This document shows positions 63,312 through 64,000 of a stretch of DNA of 64,000 bases, in pieces; the first letter of the stretch is position 1, and each line of letters opens with the position of its first letter. The DNA is taken from contig NC_043008.1 in NCBI RefSeq assembly GCF_006345805.1, positions 75,144,001 to 75,208,000 of the forward strand, written 5' to 3'. The translations under genes were made by a program, and so were the position numbers. Origin of the DNA: Octopus sinensis. Lineage: Eukaryota. Below the pieces are notes generated by a model. It was not told the DNA's origin and searched no databases. It saw nothing but the letters and a program-made list of their open reading frames with translations.

Positions 63312-63346
63312 CAACTGCAAACTACTCTAAAAATCTTGCATTTATA
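63312..63346 (-). promoter_or_regulatory. Core promoter of the protease gene: TATA box plus initiator
   Basis: TATAAAT at 63346-63340. GCAGTT Inr-like motif with its A at 63316, exactly 30 nt downstream of the TATA T and 35 nt before the ATG. Confidence 0.7.
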
Positions 63347-63889
63347 AAGAATCTTTGTCTTGCATTCTATAGTTCCCGTGTGATACAGAAAAGCTGTTAG
63401 TTTGTTATTATTTGTTAAGATAATGACCAATGTAGAGTATTTTTCATCTCTAAATATTGAAAAGTACCAAATGGTAGATGTTAACTTAATTCTTTTTTCT
63501 TGTAAGCGTAATACCAGTCAAGAGTATTGTTGTTCCAAGTATTAGTTTGACGTGAATGATCACCACTATAACGAAAACTATTAGGTTAAGTTGTATACAT
63601 TAGGTTAAGTTTATTTACTTACTGTATTCGAAGCCTATTATTATTGTCATTGTTGTTATTTTTGTTGCTGTTATGATTGATTAGCATACCCTTCACGTCA
63701 TAGGTATCTGCATGAGTTCAGATTGATAATACTATTGAATGAATATTTGACAATTAAAACTCGTTCAATAGCAAAATGAAGAATTACTAAAACGACATAA
63801 ATGAAACCATATTGTATTTTCCTTTTCAAATGTCATAAAGAACATACTTAACACTCAGTGAGATGCACAAATACACGCGCACGCACTCG

Positions 63890-64000
<111 letters not shown>

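Overview
AT-rich, microsatellite-saturated eukaryotic genomic DNA. It is most likely from an octopod cephalopod, inferred from the tRNA-derived SINE family and the (TA)n/(CA)n load. One complete host gene can be assembled by hand on the minus strand: a 6-exon secreted S1 (chymotrypsin-fold) serine protease of 274 aa, with TATA/Inr promoter at about 63316-63346 and poly(A) signals at about 37403-37426. It has an unusual Glu at S1-pocket position 189 and an Asn-|-IIGG activation site. The rest is transposon debris (piggyBac, Penelope-like, Ty3/Gypsy, Helitron, RTE, mariner, hAT MITEs, SINEs). The most striking structure is in intron 2 of the protease gene. A young 560-bp tandem repeat carries, in each unit, a well-formed minimal type I hammerhead ribozyme on the transcribed strand. 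A full-length Tx1/L1-clade LINE (5.4 kb, 18-bp TSD) has inserted into this repeat, and its only three lesions sit at homopolymer runs. Many further hammerhead motifs, intact to decayed, lie in the arms of fold-back elements embedded in (TA)n tracts and beside Penelope remnants. All RNA structures were folded by eye and none has been tested. Most listed 6-frame ORFs are microsatellite artefacts.
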